Positions 26,020-38,429 of a DNA stretch of 64,000 nt are shown here, one piece after another. The first letter of the stretch is position 1; every line of letters begins with the position of its first letter. A model generated the notes under the pieces. That model was not told where the DNA came from. It saw only the letters and a program-made list of their open reading frames with translations, and did no database searches. Source of the DNA: Selaginella moellendorffii (taxonomy: Eukaryota; Plantae; Lycopodiophyta); NCBI RefSeq assembly GCF_000143415.4, contig NW_003314287.1, forward strand, positions 1,874,951 to 1,938,950, read 5' to 3'. The translations under genes were made by a program, and so were the position numbers.

Positions 26020-27106
26020 TTAGTTGGCAGCTAATGCTGCAAGAATTTTTCGTGGTGGTCTCGATGGTTCCCTTCCATGTAAAACAGCATCGTTGTCGAT
26101 GACGAGCACATCTCCTTTGCGCCATTTGAATGCAACTTTTTCCTCTTCCATTATCCTCTTGCAAGCTGCGAGAAACTTTTCATTCAAAGGAGTGCCATCG
26201 CCAAAGCTTATTCCATGTTCTCCAGGTGGGGAGGTGAGCATGAGCTCGTAAGTTGAACCAATGTTGTTGAACCAAACTTTTCTTCCTTTTGACTTGCAAA
26301 ATTTTGTTCCAATTCTTGGTCCCATGAAAAGAGATGCTGTGCCGTTTTGATTCCACTCAATGCGATTGTTCCCTTCTTTAGCGAATGAGACCGTGAAGTT
26401 ATCAAAGCAAATTACGAACCAGGAAGACTTACTTCTTCTCCGCTTCCTCTTTGGTAGATGCTTGCAAGATTTCTTGCCAGCTATCCTTTGCTGATGGATA
26501 GTTGCACAGAGTCCTAATGTAAGTAAGCCCCTTATCCTCAACCATGTTCAGAAATTCTGGCATCTCTTTCTTGAGCCTTTGGTATACAATGTACGATGGG
26601 TGTGGCGCCTCCGGCACCTTCAGGAGGCTCAATGTCGCAATAAAACATCACCTTGCTTGGTGTCTTGAGTTGCTACAAGCAGGACAAACGAAGCATGAGT
26701 ATAGATAATTGCCAAGGTGGAAAGCAACACTCACGTATGCCATCTCGTTGTGGAAACCTATAGGAAGATGCACAGGCTTCTCGTTAGCCGTGACAACCCT
26801 TCCAGTGATGGCTTTCCTCTGTGCCCCACGACCATTGTAGACGAAGTTATCGTACCCGAAGGCTTCAAGTACATCGTTGAAATCTGAGGCAGTGAGTACT
26901 TCGAATCCACGAAGAAGGACAGCTCCACTCTGGTGCAGTGCATGCTCAATGTCTGCCTTTTGGCTCTGAATGCCTTCGAGCAGCATTGACAATGCAGCGC
27001 AGCTGCTGTCGAAAGGAACGAAGACATGAGGAATTCGAAACAGATGAGGAGAACGCTGCTCGGGAGTATGGCCTTTTACAAGAACACCAACTGGGATCCC
27101 TCTCAT
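26020..27106 (-). pseudogene. Clavaminate synthase-like/TauD dioxygenase (At3g21360-type), apparently disrupted
   Basis: Motifs GAVLLRGF, FHNEMAY, MFYCDIEP, GGATPI, VWFN, WRKGDVLVIDN and HGR. Frameshift at ~26590, where the expected TPIVxxHIVY is about 8 nt short. No in-phase acceptor for the intron starting at 26432. Confidence 0.8.
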
Positions 27107-27518
27107 TGTTGAGGTTTCTGTGCTTCCAGAAGCCGATATACTACAGCTATAGATCGTAGTAATGTGAAACTCGATCCAGGCGCACATTTACTCATGCAGC
27201 TCTGTATTTCCAGCTGGCTGCTTGTTTTTAAACTTGTTGTGGTGCGTCAGATGGATGTGCGTGTCCACACACAAACTTCACAAGTGTAAATATTTATTTA
27301 TCTATCTATCTATCTATCTATTTATATGTGCGTTTGTATGTGGACACGCACATCCATTTGATGTCAACATGTGGATTTTTTATTGCCAAATTGGGAGTTC
27401 AAAATGCATAACTGCATTTTTGACAACCATTTTGCAGTAAAACTTAAACACTGCGCTGGCGGCGATTGCTCGTGGAAATCCCTCGTCCCACTGCTAGTAT
27501 TGCTTTCATCGCGATAGA

Positions 27519-28909
27519 ATGGATAGAATGGTGCCTGTCCAAGGTACACGCAAGGTTCTCCTAATTGAGAGTATCGATGTGTTCATAGAGGATGAGTACA
27601 GCAGGCACGTCTTGTTCCTCACCAACATAGACCAGAAGTTTGGTTACTTTGTGAGATCTCTCTTTTTCTTCACGCCGAATCCTGGGCTTCAAGTTCTCAA
27701 AGAGATCTTGAGGAAAGGATTGAGCAAGGTGTTGGCTGCCTACCCTTGTTGTGCAGGGAGGTTAAGGATGAATTCAAGTGATAAGCTTGAGATCGATTGC
27801 AACAACCAGGGTGCACGTTTGGGTGTGGGGAGCTGCAAGTTGTCCATCTCTGAGGTGACTGCAGCAGATTTTGATGACTTTTTTCTCGAGCCTTCCAACA
27901 ATATGGAGTCGTTTGAGGACCTTCCTCTGATGAACATTCAGGTAATGGGGGTGAACTCGTACTGTCTCAACGGGCATGATGTTGACAGAGCTAAACTATG
28001 AATTTGCAGGTCACCGAAATGAACAATGGATATGCCATCTCCATGCTGCAACATCACACCTTGGGAGAGGCAACATCGGCAATTTGCTTCCTCATGAATT
28101 TTGCAGGCCAATGCCGTGGTGAGGAGCTTTGGCTAGTTCCCGAGTTTGACCGGACACAGATGAAGGCAAGCGACCACCCCATGCCAAGTTTCCAGCACCA
28201 CGAGTTTGGCAAGCAAGAGAAGGACAGCCGCTACACAGTGACATCCGAGTCAGTGCTCAAGGCCGAGTCCCTCAGGAGAAGCGTGGCCAAAGGAAGCGTC
28301 AAGCAGCGGAAGAAGTACCACTTGTCTCGTTCCAGGCTCGCTCAAATCAAGCAAGCAGCTCTCACGGACGTCTCCAACTGTTCAACTTTTGAGGCGTTGG
28401 CTGCTCAAGTATGGAAAGCCAATGTTGCAGCACTACCCAAGAAGGAAGTTGCAAGAATGAGGTTCCTGGTGGACACGAGGAGCATTATCCAGCCTCCATT
28501 AAGCCGTGGTTTCTTTGGTAATGCGGTCTACGTGGTCATGATGCAAGCAAGTACGGAGGAGCTGCGTACTGAACCGTTGGGCGTCACGGCAATGAGAATC
28601 CAGCAAGCCAAGAAGAGCGTAACCGAGGAGTACGTGAGATCGGGGCTCGACTTTCTGGAGCTGCATCCGGACTACTGGTACCACCCAGACTGTGACACGG
28701 TGATAAACGCCTGGCCAAGGGCCATGAGTAACTCCACCCAACTGGACTTTGGATGGGGCAAGCCGTGTCGAGTCGAGTATCCCATGCATCCGGGGAACAA
28801 GTCCATCATCTTCTTCCCGTTCAGCAGCAACAACGAAGGTTTGGAGCTCTCGGTTTCCCTGGAGCCTGCTTTCTTTCCGGCATTCGAGCAGATGCTTCAC
28901 GCAGAGTAG
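27519..28909 (+). CDS. BAHD acyltransferase, 2 exons
   Basis: Exons 27519 (or 27528)-27941 and 28010-28909 with the conserved Q-intron. Motifs LFLTNIDQ, YPCCAGRL, HHTLGE (HxxxE), STFEALAA, FFGNA and DFGWG. Confidence 0.93.
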
Positions 28910-29136
28910 CTGGTGTGGATGACTTGATAATGAATGAGTTATCCTGTGAATGCGGGCTTCAAACCCGAAGACCACCGAAAGAAATCTGGTTGGGAGTTGT
29001 CAAAGAAGAGAACATCCAAATGTCTTTAGTCAAACGAAGTAAGAACATCTAATGAGCTTCTTCGTTCTCAGTTAGGCGAACGCTAACCTTCCAGCTCCGA
29101 TCTTTCGCTCAAAAAAACCATGGCTACAAAACTTAC

Positions 29137-32100
29137 TCAGCTACTATTGATGTGCTCCAGCTCGCTTTCGTCCTGCGCTTCCAAACTGTTCTGTTGGCTC
29201 CAGAGCTGAGCATACCGCCCATTGTTACTCACTAGTGTCTCGTGTGATCCTCGCTCCACCACCTTGCCACTCTCCAGGACAATAATCTGATCACACAAAG
29301 TGTGAAGCTCTTGCAAGGCTTCTAAGCAGAAGATAAACATCTACCTCGTCGCAGTTCATTGCTGTAGTGAGGCGGTGAGCGATGAATATGGCAGTCCTGT
29401 CAGCCGCGAGCGACTTGAGAGACGATAGAATTTCTGCCTCGGTTGTGGAATCCAGAGAGCTCGTTGCTTCATCACACAACCTAATAAAATAAACGCGTCA
29501 TGAAACGATCACAGGAACAACACAACTGGCTTACAAGATTGGCGCGGATTTGAGGAATGCTCTTGCCAACGCTACTCTTTGCTTCTCTCCTCCACTCAGC
29601 TGCAAAGAGAGAGACGCGTAAATTGACGGAAGTAAAGAGCTTTGAATACCTTCAGCCCCCTCTCGCCAACCATGGTTTCATATTGCTTTGGGAACTTGAG
29701 AATTGACTCATGAATGGCAGCTTGTTTAGCGGCTTCATATACCTGTTCGTCAAGTTAAGGTATGTACCGCACAGACAAAGGAAGGGCTTACCTCTTCCTC
29801 AGTTGCTGATAGCCGACCATACTGAATGTTGTAGAAGATAGTATCATTGAAAAGAACCTGAGGTACAATGCCAAATCCATAAGTGAAATGCAAATTAGTT
29901 AGGGAACAGTTCACCGTGTCTTGCGGTACTACTCCAATAGAAGATCGCAGGCTTTCCAGCGTCACATCTTTGATATCCTGATCGCCAATCTTCACCTATA
30001 ATCCAGATCCTTGAGCACTACGTTCACTTTCCAGCAAACAAGCTTACCGTTCCAGAGTTGCAGTCGTAAAACCTATAAAGAACTCTCAAAATGGTCGACT
30101 TCCCTGTACTTGTCGGTTAACACAGACACAGCATAAACGTAGCTTACCGCTTCCACTAGACCCGACAATAGCAAGACTCTTTCCTCCGGGAACTTCGAAA
30201 GACAATCCGTTCAAAATCTGTCTGTCTGGTCCATATCTGCAACGAACGCGCTACTTAGAGACTGGCAGTAATTCCCAAAATGGTCTTACCCGAAGTGAAC
30301 ATTATCGAACTTTATGCTTCTTTGGTGTGATGCCAATGGTTTCGCATTGGGATTATCAGCAATGTCCGGCTTTACCTGAATATATCGATCAATATCAAGC
30401 TAAGAAATATCCACGGAACCATTTACCTCAAGAAGTTTAAACATTTCATGCATGTCTATAAGGCTCTGTCGCGTTTCACGATAGACAGTACCCAGAAAAT
30501 TAAGGGGCAGAGACAACTGAAAGAGCAAACCATTGACCATAACCTGCACAAAAAGAAAGGATGACAAAATAAAAAACCAAGCATAACACCAGAAAACGGA
30601 AAACGATTGTACTTACAAGATCCCCAATGGTTATTGATCCTTTCAAAATCCCGTCAATGCACATGATCATTGCTGCAGATAATGCGGCGCTGAAGATCAC
30701 ATTCTGGCCGAAGTTTAGAGCAGCCAAGCTGCTTTGAGTCTTCAATGCAGCATGCTCGTATTCTGCATATAAGAAATCTTAAAACCATACCCAAAAAGAA
30801 AAACTCGACGTACTCTGTATATGCTCATCGTATTTATCCACTTCATGCTTCTCATTGTTGAAGTATTTCACAGTCTAGCATGTGAACATAACTGGTCAGC
30901 AGATCCGTCAAATCGAGCTTGCATACCTCATAGTTAATCAACGAATCAATCGCTCGGGTACCAGCAGCATTCTCGGCCTTATTCATTTCTTTTCTGAATT
31001 TTGTTCGCCACTAGCATTTGAAAGCATTAGAAGTACGTCCAAATCGCTGAATTCGGCAATACCTGTGTCACAATCAGTGTAAATGCCGTATAGGCTCCAA
31101 CGGTAACAGTAGTCACGATTGCAAACGAGCTTCCAAATTTGTAAGCCAGAATGCCTGCAACCATTGAAATCTGACAGCGGGTGCTGAGCTAGAACATCGT
31201 TTTCACAATGAAACGTACCTCCAGAAAAGTGGGCACCACGTTGAACACCATCGATGAGAGGATGAAATTTATGGCTCTCGTGCCTCGATCAATAATTCGA
31301 TTTAACGCTCCAGTCTGTCGGCTTAGGTGGAAGTTAAGGTCCAGGTTGTGAAGATGAAGGAACACCTGTAGACAACATAAACTCAACAATTAGCTACATT
31401 GACAATGGAAGACATGCCTGGCGAGACACATTCCGTATAGCTCCCTGAGCAACTTTAGCAAAGACTGTATTACGAAGCTCTGCACCAAAGAAATTTCAAT
31501 ACATCAGTGTCACAGCATTCAGCGAAACTTTGAGTACTTACCGTTACATGCAGATGCTCCTGCTCGAGCAAGACCATAACCGATAAGCACAGAGACTGGA
31601 GCAGCATAAGCCGCAGAAGCCAGAGTCACTTCTTGTGACACTCCCGTTGCAGCAGCCAAACCATCCACCGCATGCTTGAACAGAAATGGAACTTGTACGT
31701 TCAGAACCTGCACATACGCATACAAGCAAAAGAAGATGAGAGGTTACATAGGAAGAACGAAAAATGATACTTGCCTTGCCACCAATTAAAAGAGCCAGCG
31801 AGACGACGACTCTCCTGCGAAACTCTAAGTTCCCAGATGGCCAGATGTAAGCAGTGAGCGATCGCAAGATCTTTATATCAGCAGCATTCTCTTCCACGAG
31901 AACATTAGCAGTGGCCGGAGTAGCAGCAGCTTTCGTGCTTTGCGTGGAAGCGTCGGTTTTCTTCTCGATCTCAGTCGCGTAAGTAGCGACGAAAGCTTGG
32001 CTTGCGGCTGGAGCACAAGAAATTCGGCATCCATCTCGCCTTATTTCTCCGGCCTGTCAAAACTGCTCAGCAAAGTAAGATGATGAAACAAGAGAAACGA

Positions 32101-32262
32101 AAGGCGCACCAGACGTGACGATCGAGCAGGCAGTCCAGAGAATAATCCGCCATGAGCATCAAAATGCCGGTTACAATGCTGAAAGCATTGCACGGCCCCT
32201 CGGTCCCAGATTATCCTGCCCGCGCTCTTCAAGCTCGCTCTCGATCTCAAGATGCTCATCAT
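29137..32262 (-). CDS. ATM3: Mitochondrial half-size ABC transporter, ATM1/ATM3 (ABCB25)-like, many short exons
   Basis: Transit-like N-terminus, [26 protein letters not shown], Walker [32 protein letters not shown] and IAHRL. Confidence 0.92.
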
Positions 32263-32549
32263 CCTCGCCTGTAAAACCTAGCCTAAACTAGCACCGGGAA
32301 GCGAAGCGATCGACCTGATCGCGATTCCACTACATACGCACCTCTTGCAATCGTCCCGATCGATGCCGCCAGCTGGATTGATGCTGCGCGAGCTGGATCG
32401 ATGGTAGCGCCCTGACCTGATTGCGAGCGAGCGCCGTCAAATCATTTGCAAGGGTTTTACAAAAGAGAAAGAGAGAAGAATTATTGGTCTGCCAACGTGG
32501 AAATACGTGGCGCGCGACTAACAACATGGAAGCTTTGCTGGCAGCCACG

Positions 32550-34237
32550 TCAGCCGTCCATGGAGAACACACACTTGATACAAGAGCCGGACGAGAGAAG
32601 CTTCACTCCTTCGTTTACTTCTGAGAATGGTAGCCTGTGAGTGATGTATCCGTCGAGATTGATTTCCTGGACGACCCACGAAAACTTAGAACTCTTCCAG
32701 CTTGATCAATCCAAACAAACCTTTGTGGAGCACATATCCACGAGCTTCCGCATGTCGGATTTGCCCCTGAATCCACCGAAGTATCCCGACTTGAGTTGGC
32801 GACCCGAGAGGAGAATCACGGGTGGGAATGTCACCATCTCATCGGGCCTGGGAGCTCCAACCATGACCGTTGTTCCATACTAAACAATCCAGGAGGTAAT
32901 AGTTAGCAAGCACACTGCTGGAAACTAGCAGAGCTTTTCACTCACGCCTGTGGTGCTTAGCAAAGCTTGTACCAACAGATGAGGCTTGCCGACGCATTCA
33001 AAGCAGTAGTCGACTCCTCCATTCGTGAGCTCGAGAAGCACCTGAGAGAGAGTGAGAGAAACATTAGAGCTCGGGTGATAAAGACGAGAGTTAGAACACA
33101 CAACCTCATGAAGCGGCGCTTCGTGGTCCTGTGGATTTAGACACTCGGTCGCACCAAATGCTCTGGCTGCGGAAAAAACGCTCAGCACTTTCGAATACTT
33201 GACGAGTTCTTACCCGCCTCGAATTTTCGAGCTAAGATATCGATCCCAATTATCCGAGTTGCACCGGCGATTCGAGCGCCCTCGACAGCCTGAAAAGCAA
33301 ATGGTTTCTCTTCCAGAACTTTAGGAAAAGCTACAGAGTACGTACTGCTAGCCCGACGGTTCCCAGTCCAATTACAGCAACCGTGGAGCCGGCTTGGACG
33401 CTTGCCAAGTTTAATGCGGATCCCAAGCCTGGAAACAAAGAGCTTATCAGCAAAGGAATGCGCAAACAAGGAGGAACGTACCGGTGGGAACTCCACAGCC
33501 CAGAAGACAAGCGCTCTCCAGTGGAACCGGATCAACTTTGACAACCGAGGTCTTGTCTAGCACCGTGTACTCCGTGAAGGTGGACGTGTTCACGAAGTGG
33601 TGAATGACACTGCCGTCAAGCGAAGAGAACCGTGCCGTGCCATCGAGAGGCATGAAAGGCGTGAACAAGTTCCCGAAGCTGACCTCGCAGTGGTTCGTGG
33701 TGGAGAGCTTGCAGAGCTTGCATTTCCCGCATTCCCCTTGGTAGACGCAAATGACACGGTCGCCGGGAGCAAACTCCGTCACTCCCTCGCCAACGCTCTC
33801 CACAACTCTGGTTGGATTGAGAAGATCACAGGAAAAAAAAACAAGAGTAAGAAACACACTCCTCAGAAGGGGGAATATGGCAGAAGAGAAATTCACTCTT
33901 TACCCAGATCCCTCGTGCCCAAGGATCACCGGATACTTGAGCGTGCCCTGCGAAACAAAAGGATGAGCACGGAGCAAAGAGATTGGAAGAGTTTGAGCAC
34001 AAACTTACCCAGTCTGCGATGGTGATGTCCGTGTGACACAGCGACGAGTAAAGGACTTGCATGCGAATCTCTCCAGATTTTGGCGGCTCCACATTGATCG
34101 TCTCCAGCTCAAACTCCGATCCAGCGCTGTGGAGAACAGCAGCTGGAGAGAAAGAAGAACATCACGATCGACAGCCAAAACAAAGTCAAGCGAAGCATAC
34201 CTCTGCATTGAATTGCTCTCCCGACAGTAGACGCCAT
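32550..34237 (-). CDS. Zinc-dependent medium-chain alcohol dehydrogenase-like protein, multi-exon
   Basis: ATG at 34237 (MASTVGRAIQCR), CHTD, GHEGSG, structural Zn CGKCKLC...C, CLLGCG, GLGTVG, GGVDYCFECVG, ending CIKCVFSMDG* at 32550. Confidence 0.93.
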
Positions 34238-34417
34238 TGGGATCCGCGCAAGCAGCGCCGGCGACTACTTATACGAGAATTCTCCAGAATATACGCCCTC
34301 GCTCGGTCGCGTGGACCCTGCCATTAAACGACGAAATTTTAGGGTTCTTGAGTATCGCGGCCCCATCCTCGTCCGATAGATCCAATCCAATCGCTCGTTT
34401 GTTTGGAGCAAATCGGC

Positions 34418-34490
34418 GATGATCTCCACGATGTTCTTGGACGAGTCCCTGCGGCCTAGCTCCGTCACTGCAGCGACATGGAGCACACCA
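34418..34490 (-). pseudogene. Possible relic of a plant C2H2-zinc-finger/PARP-like family gene
   Basis: HVAAVTELGRRDSSKNIVEII resembles the HAVTEL-x3-DSSRxIVEII motif of that family (recalled, not searched). Confidence 0.35.
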
Positions 34491-34636
34491 CAATGGTCGA
34501 GCAGGACTCCAATACTCTTAGATAATGATAAGCTCCTTTTCCTAGTTAGATCTGTTTGGTTTGTTCTTCATTTTCTCATGTGCTAAGAGTTTTTTTTTGC
34601 CTGAATAAAAGCTCGATCTTTTTTTGGATTGAAATT

Positions 34637-35416
34637 CTATGGCTCGCAAAGATTTACAGCAGAAAGATTTCGAGACTCAAGCTCAAGTGCTCCACGCTCT
34701 TGCTCTATCTGCTCAGAAGCTTGACGCTCTTGCTCGATCATACGAAATATATACTGCTGCAGCCAAAACAGATCAAACTCAACGTAGTAGTCACCCTTCA
34801 CATGAGCAGTGAAAGACGACACTGGAAACTTCACCACAAAGCGCTCTCGGTTCTGCTCATTGCAAAACTCGGGACCAAACTGGATCTCCATGGCATCCTT
34901 CCCGCTCTCCCTGGCTACAAACGTAAACTCGTCACCAGGCCGCGCAATCTTCACCCCGATCGCCACCAAGCAGCCCGACTCCACCCACAGATCCAAAACC
35001 TCCCTTAAAACTTCTAGTGGCTCGTTCTTGTAGGCCACCTCCAACACCGCCCGCGCTGGCTGCGCAAGCGACGACCCGGAGAAGAAGCAAGCGTCCGGCT
35101 CCTTGTTGCCGGTGATGGTCCGGAGGCGAGACGCTCCAGCGCCCGTGATCACTTTTGTAAGAGAGGCTAGCCCAATGCCCGGGATCTGGATGATGTGAAA
35201 GATGATGGAACGCTCTAGCGCAGATGACACGGTGGTGTGGACTATTGACGGATCCCCATAGGCCAAAACCTCACCCCTCCTGTACTCTAGCCTCCAACTC
35301 GAGTCACAGGCGTCGTACACACCCCATGGGACGTTTGTGGCCACGACAAATGGCCCCGGCTGCCCTCTGCTGTAGGCGTCAACCGCTTGCTTCAATCCGG
35401 CTTCCAAAGCGTCCAT
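34637..35416 (-). CDS. Uma2/DUF820-like PD-(D/E)xK restriction-endonuclease-fold protein, 259 aa, intronless
   Basis: Motif order NVPWGVY...RLEYRRGEV...PSIVH...GAS...KEPDACF...VLEVAY...VAIGVKI...FG...FDLFWLQ fits Uma2-type proteins. C-terminal EQERQ coiled tail. An additional upstream exon cannot be excluded. Confidence 0.75.
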   Translation of the reverse strand: MDALEAGLKQAVDAYSRGQPGPFVVATNVPWGVYDACDSSWRLEYRRGEVLAYGDPSIVHTTVSSALERSIIFHIIQIPGIGLASLTKVITGAGASRLRTITGNKEPDACFFSGSSLAQPARAVLEVAYKNEPLEVLREVLDLWVESGCLVAIGVKIARPGDEFTFVARESGKDAMEIQFGPEFCNEQNRERFVVKFPVSSFTAHVKGDYYVEFDLFWLQQYIFRMIEQERQASEQIEQERGALELESRNLSAVNLCEP

Positions 35417-36320
35417 GAAATTGCTTGCCCTAAAACTCCCTAAATATCCAGTAAGATCTCATGTCCTTTTTCTCCTCACTGCAAGATTGATCAAAAGTAA
35501 GTTTCATCATGGGTAAAAATGTGGATCCGGTTAACTGGTGCTGATCATCACGCGCTGAACAGATCTGCGGACAGGTTATCCAAATGGTTGGGATGGAACA
35601 AGGTTCACAGGCGTTCATAAGGGGTGGGACATCAACTTGATGGGCAAAAAAGAGCCGCATGCTTGCTACTGGAACGGTAGCGCTTCTGGGAACGACCTCG
35701 GGCCATCATAAAAACCACATGTAGTGAGTCTATGAGCAAGCTCTCTAAAGACTTGCTTCTCTGGCACGTCACTGATACAAACAAAAGCGGGACATGCTGT
35801 TCATGTGGAGGTCACTTGAAGCATGAGATTACATAACCAAGTCTTGTCAAAGTTCCACACATTCCTTCTCTAGGGACTTGCTGGAGGACTCAGAGTTTTA
35901 TATTAGACCTCTTTGAACTTGCATCCAGAAGTAGAGACTTGAGGTCTACACAGCTGCTGATCAAGCTTACAGAAGAGATGTTGTTATGCTGCTACCCGGA
36001 TTGTGACATTGTAGTTTCATGTTAGAGTTAGCTACTAGTACCCTTGGTATTGCTATTGAGATTGCAACAAGAATCAAAGCTAATCAATCATGTTGCTAGA
36101 TTTAGCCTCAAAAGGATGTTCAAGGCTTTGGAAGAAAGAAAAGAGAGAGAAAGACAAGAATTTCAATATATGTAAAGGTGGTTCTTTATTTGGAGTTGTA
36201 GTTTAACATTAGAAAGGCATTGTCAATTGCCGTGATAATTAGTTACAAAAACATTAGTTGACCTTTACTCCTCATCTAATAGCCCATGAGCAAGGTGCAC
36301 CTTTAATGAAGATTGAAGTC

Positions 36321-36450
36321 AACATTTGACAAATGATTTTTTCTGTTTTTTCTTTGATCTCATCATTATTATTTATTTTCTCTCAGAAATGAGAATAAAT
36401 AATAATGATGAGATCAAAGAAAAAACAGAAGAAATCATTTGTCAAATGTT
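36321..36450. repeat. Near-perfect 130-bp hairpin (57-bp arms)
   Basis: aacatttgacaaatgatt...atttatt pairs with aataaat...gtcaaatgtt with one mismatch. It lies between two direct copies of ttacaaaaacattagttgacctttactcctcatctaatagccc. Confidence 0.9.
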
Positions 36451-38429
36451 TGCTGTGACAATTAATTACAAAAACATTAGTTGACCTTTACTCCTCATCT
36501 AATAGCCCTAATTTTGCAGAACCAGTAATGAAGATTGGAGTCACCCATTGACAATGCTTTACTAATATTGAACCACAACATTTATAATATTTTTGCAACA
36601 ATTAGCATCTATGAGTGCATGGAATATGGAAAGGGAATATAGAAAATGTGCATATCAATTAACCCAAAAACCCTAGCTTATATATAAGAGTGAGTGGTTC
36701 AGATTAAAACCAATTCGATGGCTACCAAAATCCCATTACACTAATATTAGTATACGGCATCATAACTGTACACTTGGACCTCACATCATCCCCTCTTCTT
36801 AGGATAATGGAAGACCATTAGGGTTTTTTTGTAGATGGGCTGGGATTTGGAAGAACATCAGGAGGAAGCATTGGTGGATCTGTAGGTGGTATTAGTTGTT
36901 TCTGAACCCTTTATATAAAGTGTTTCAATTGTTGCACATGCACAATTTTTGGAGGATCGGCCTGCTGAATGTCATGTCGAACCTCATAAACTTGTGATTT
37001 AACTTGCCATAACACCTGATATGGTCCTTTCCACTGAGCAAAAAGCCCCTTAGGTAAACCATGTACCGTAAGATGGGGAAAATGGATTAACATCATAACC
37101 ACTTTGTACTCTGCAGGTGGACGATGATGGGAGTTGTAGCACTGTTGTTGTTCCACTTGTATGCGGCATAAGTGTTTGACAAACTCTACTTGGACCAGTG
37201 GAAGAATGCTTGCTAAATACTGATCCCATGACCTAGCATCAGTAGTTTGTGACAATCATGAAAGTAAACCCAGCTCTATTGGTATTATTGGATTATGACC
37301 ATATAAGAGTTTATATGGTGTAACATTAACAAAACTCTACACCTTTGTAACATATGCATACCAAAAAGACGGCAAATAACTATCCCAATTAGAATACTAA
37401 AAGTTTATATACTTCGCAATCATTCTTTTGAATGTCCAAATAAGTCATTCCACTAAACCATATGACTGTGGATGTTAAGCACTTGTGAAAGTGTGGCGTA
37501 TCCCCAATCGAAATGTCAAAACATGAAATGCCTTAGCCATAAATGCAGGACCATTATCCGAAAGAATCCGCTCTAGACAAGAATGCTGAAACATCACTTG
37601 ATTGAGGAAGTATCCAATAGTAGTTGTAGAGGCACTAGCAAGAGCACCAACTTCCACCCAACAAGTCAAATAGTCAGAAGTAATAATAACATATTCATTG
37701 CCAACAGTTGATCGTGGAAAAGGTCCCATAGGATCAAACGCCACCAACTCAAATGGACGGGAAACTGCAATTGACGTCAAATGTCCTTCCATGGCACAAG
37801 GGGAGTATTACGAGCTTGGCATCAAACGCAGCTATGCACATACCAGATAACATCATGTTATATCTCTGGCTAATAGAAAGACTTGTGCAGCTTCTCGGTC
37901 ACATGACAATGTCCCATATACCCACCTAGAATAGGAGAATCATGGTAGGCATGGAAAAACCATGGAATAAAGATGAAAGACACCACCAGTCATAAATGAT
38001 CATTAGGATCCGTCCCCACAAAATAAAAAAGGTTGTCTTCAAGGTGATATTAAGAATGTAAATACCAGAATGGCAAGTCATCAGCAAGTGATGTAGAATT
38101 CTCAAACCCATCTCAAAGCCTTCAAATCCACAACTCAATCTTTTTAGCCTTGCAAACCTCATCAAGAGAAAGTAGATATTACTTTGCATCTTATGGACAC
38201 TGAATGTCAAATACAACAACCATTGACAACATAGAATCCTTATTTAGAAAATCTATAGATGCTGGAATAACAAACTCGTTAGAAATATGAGAATAAAGTG
38301 AAAAAGGAAAAGGAGCTCGAAAAAGGGCATCAACGAATTCCCTGGGTGGTGAACAACATCAAAATCACATATTTAAAGTTTTAAAGCCCACCGAGCAATC
38401 AACTAAGTTTTTCCGTTTCAATAATAAGT

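Noticed and set aside
29137-32262. ABC transporter as exporter for a metabolite cluster
   Set aside because: It is the mitochondrial ATM type with a housekeeping Fe-S/Moco role, not an ABCG/ABCC-type exporter.
34637-35416. Uma2-like gene as bacterial contamination
   Set aside because: It is co-duplicated with intron-containing plant genes and has a locally eroded third copy, so it is integrated in this genome.
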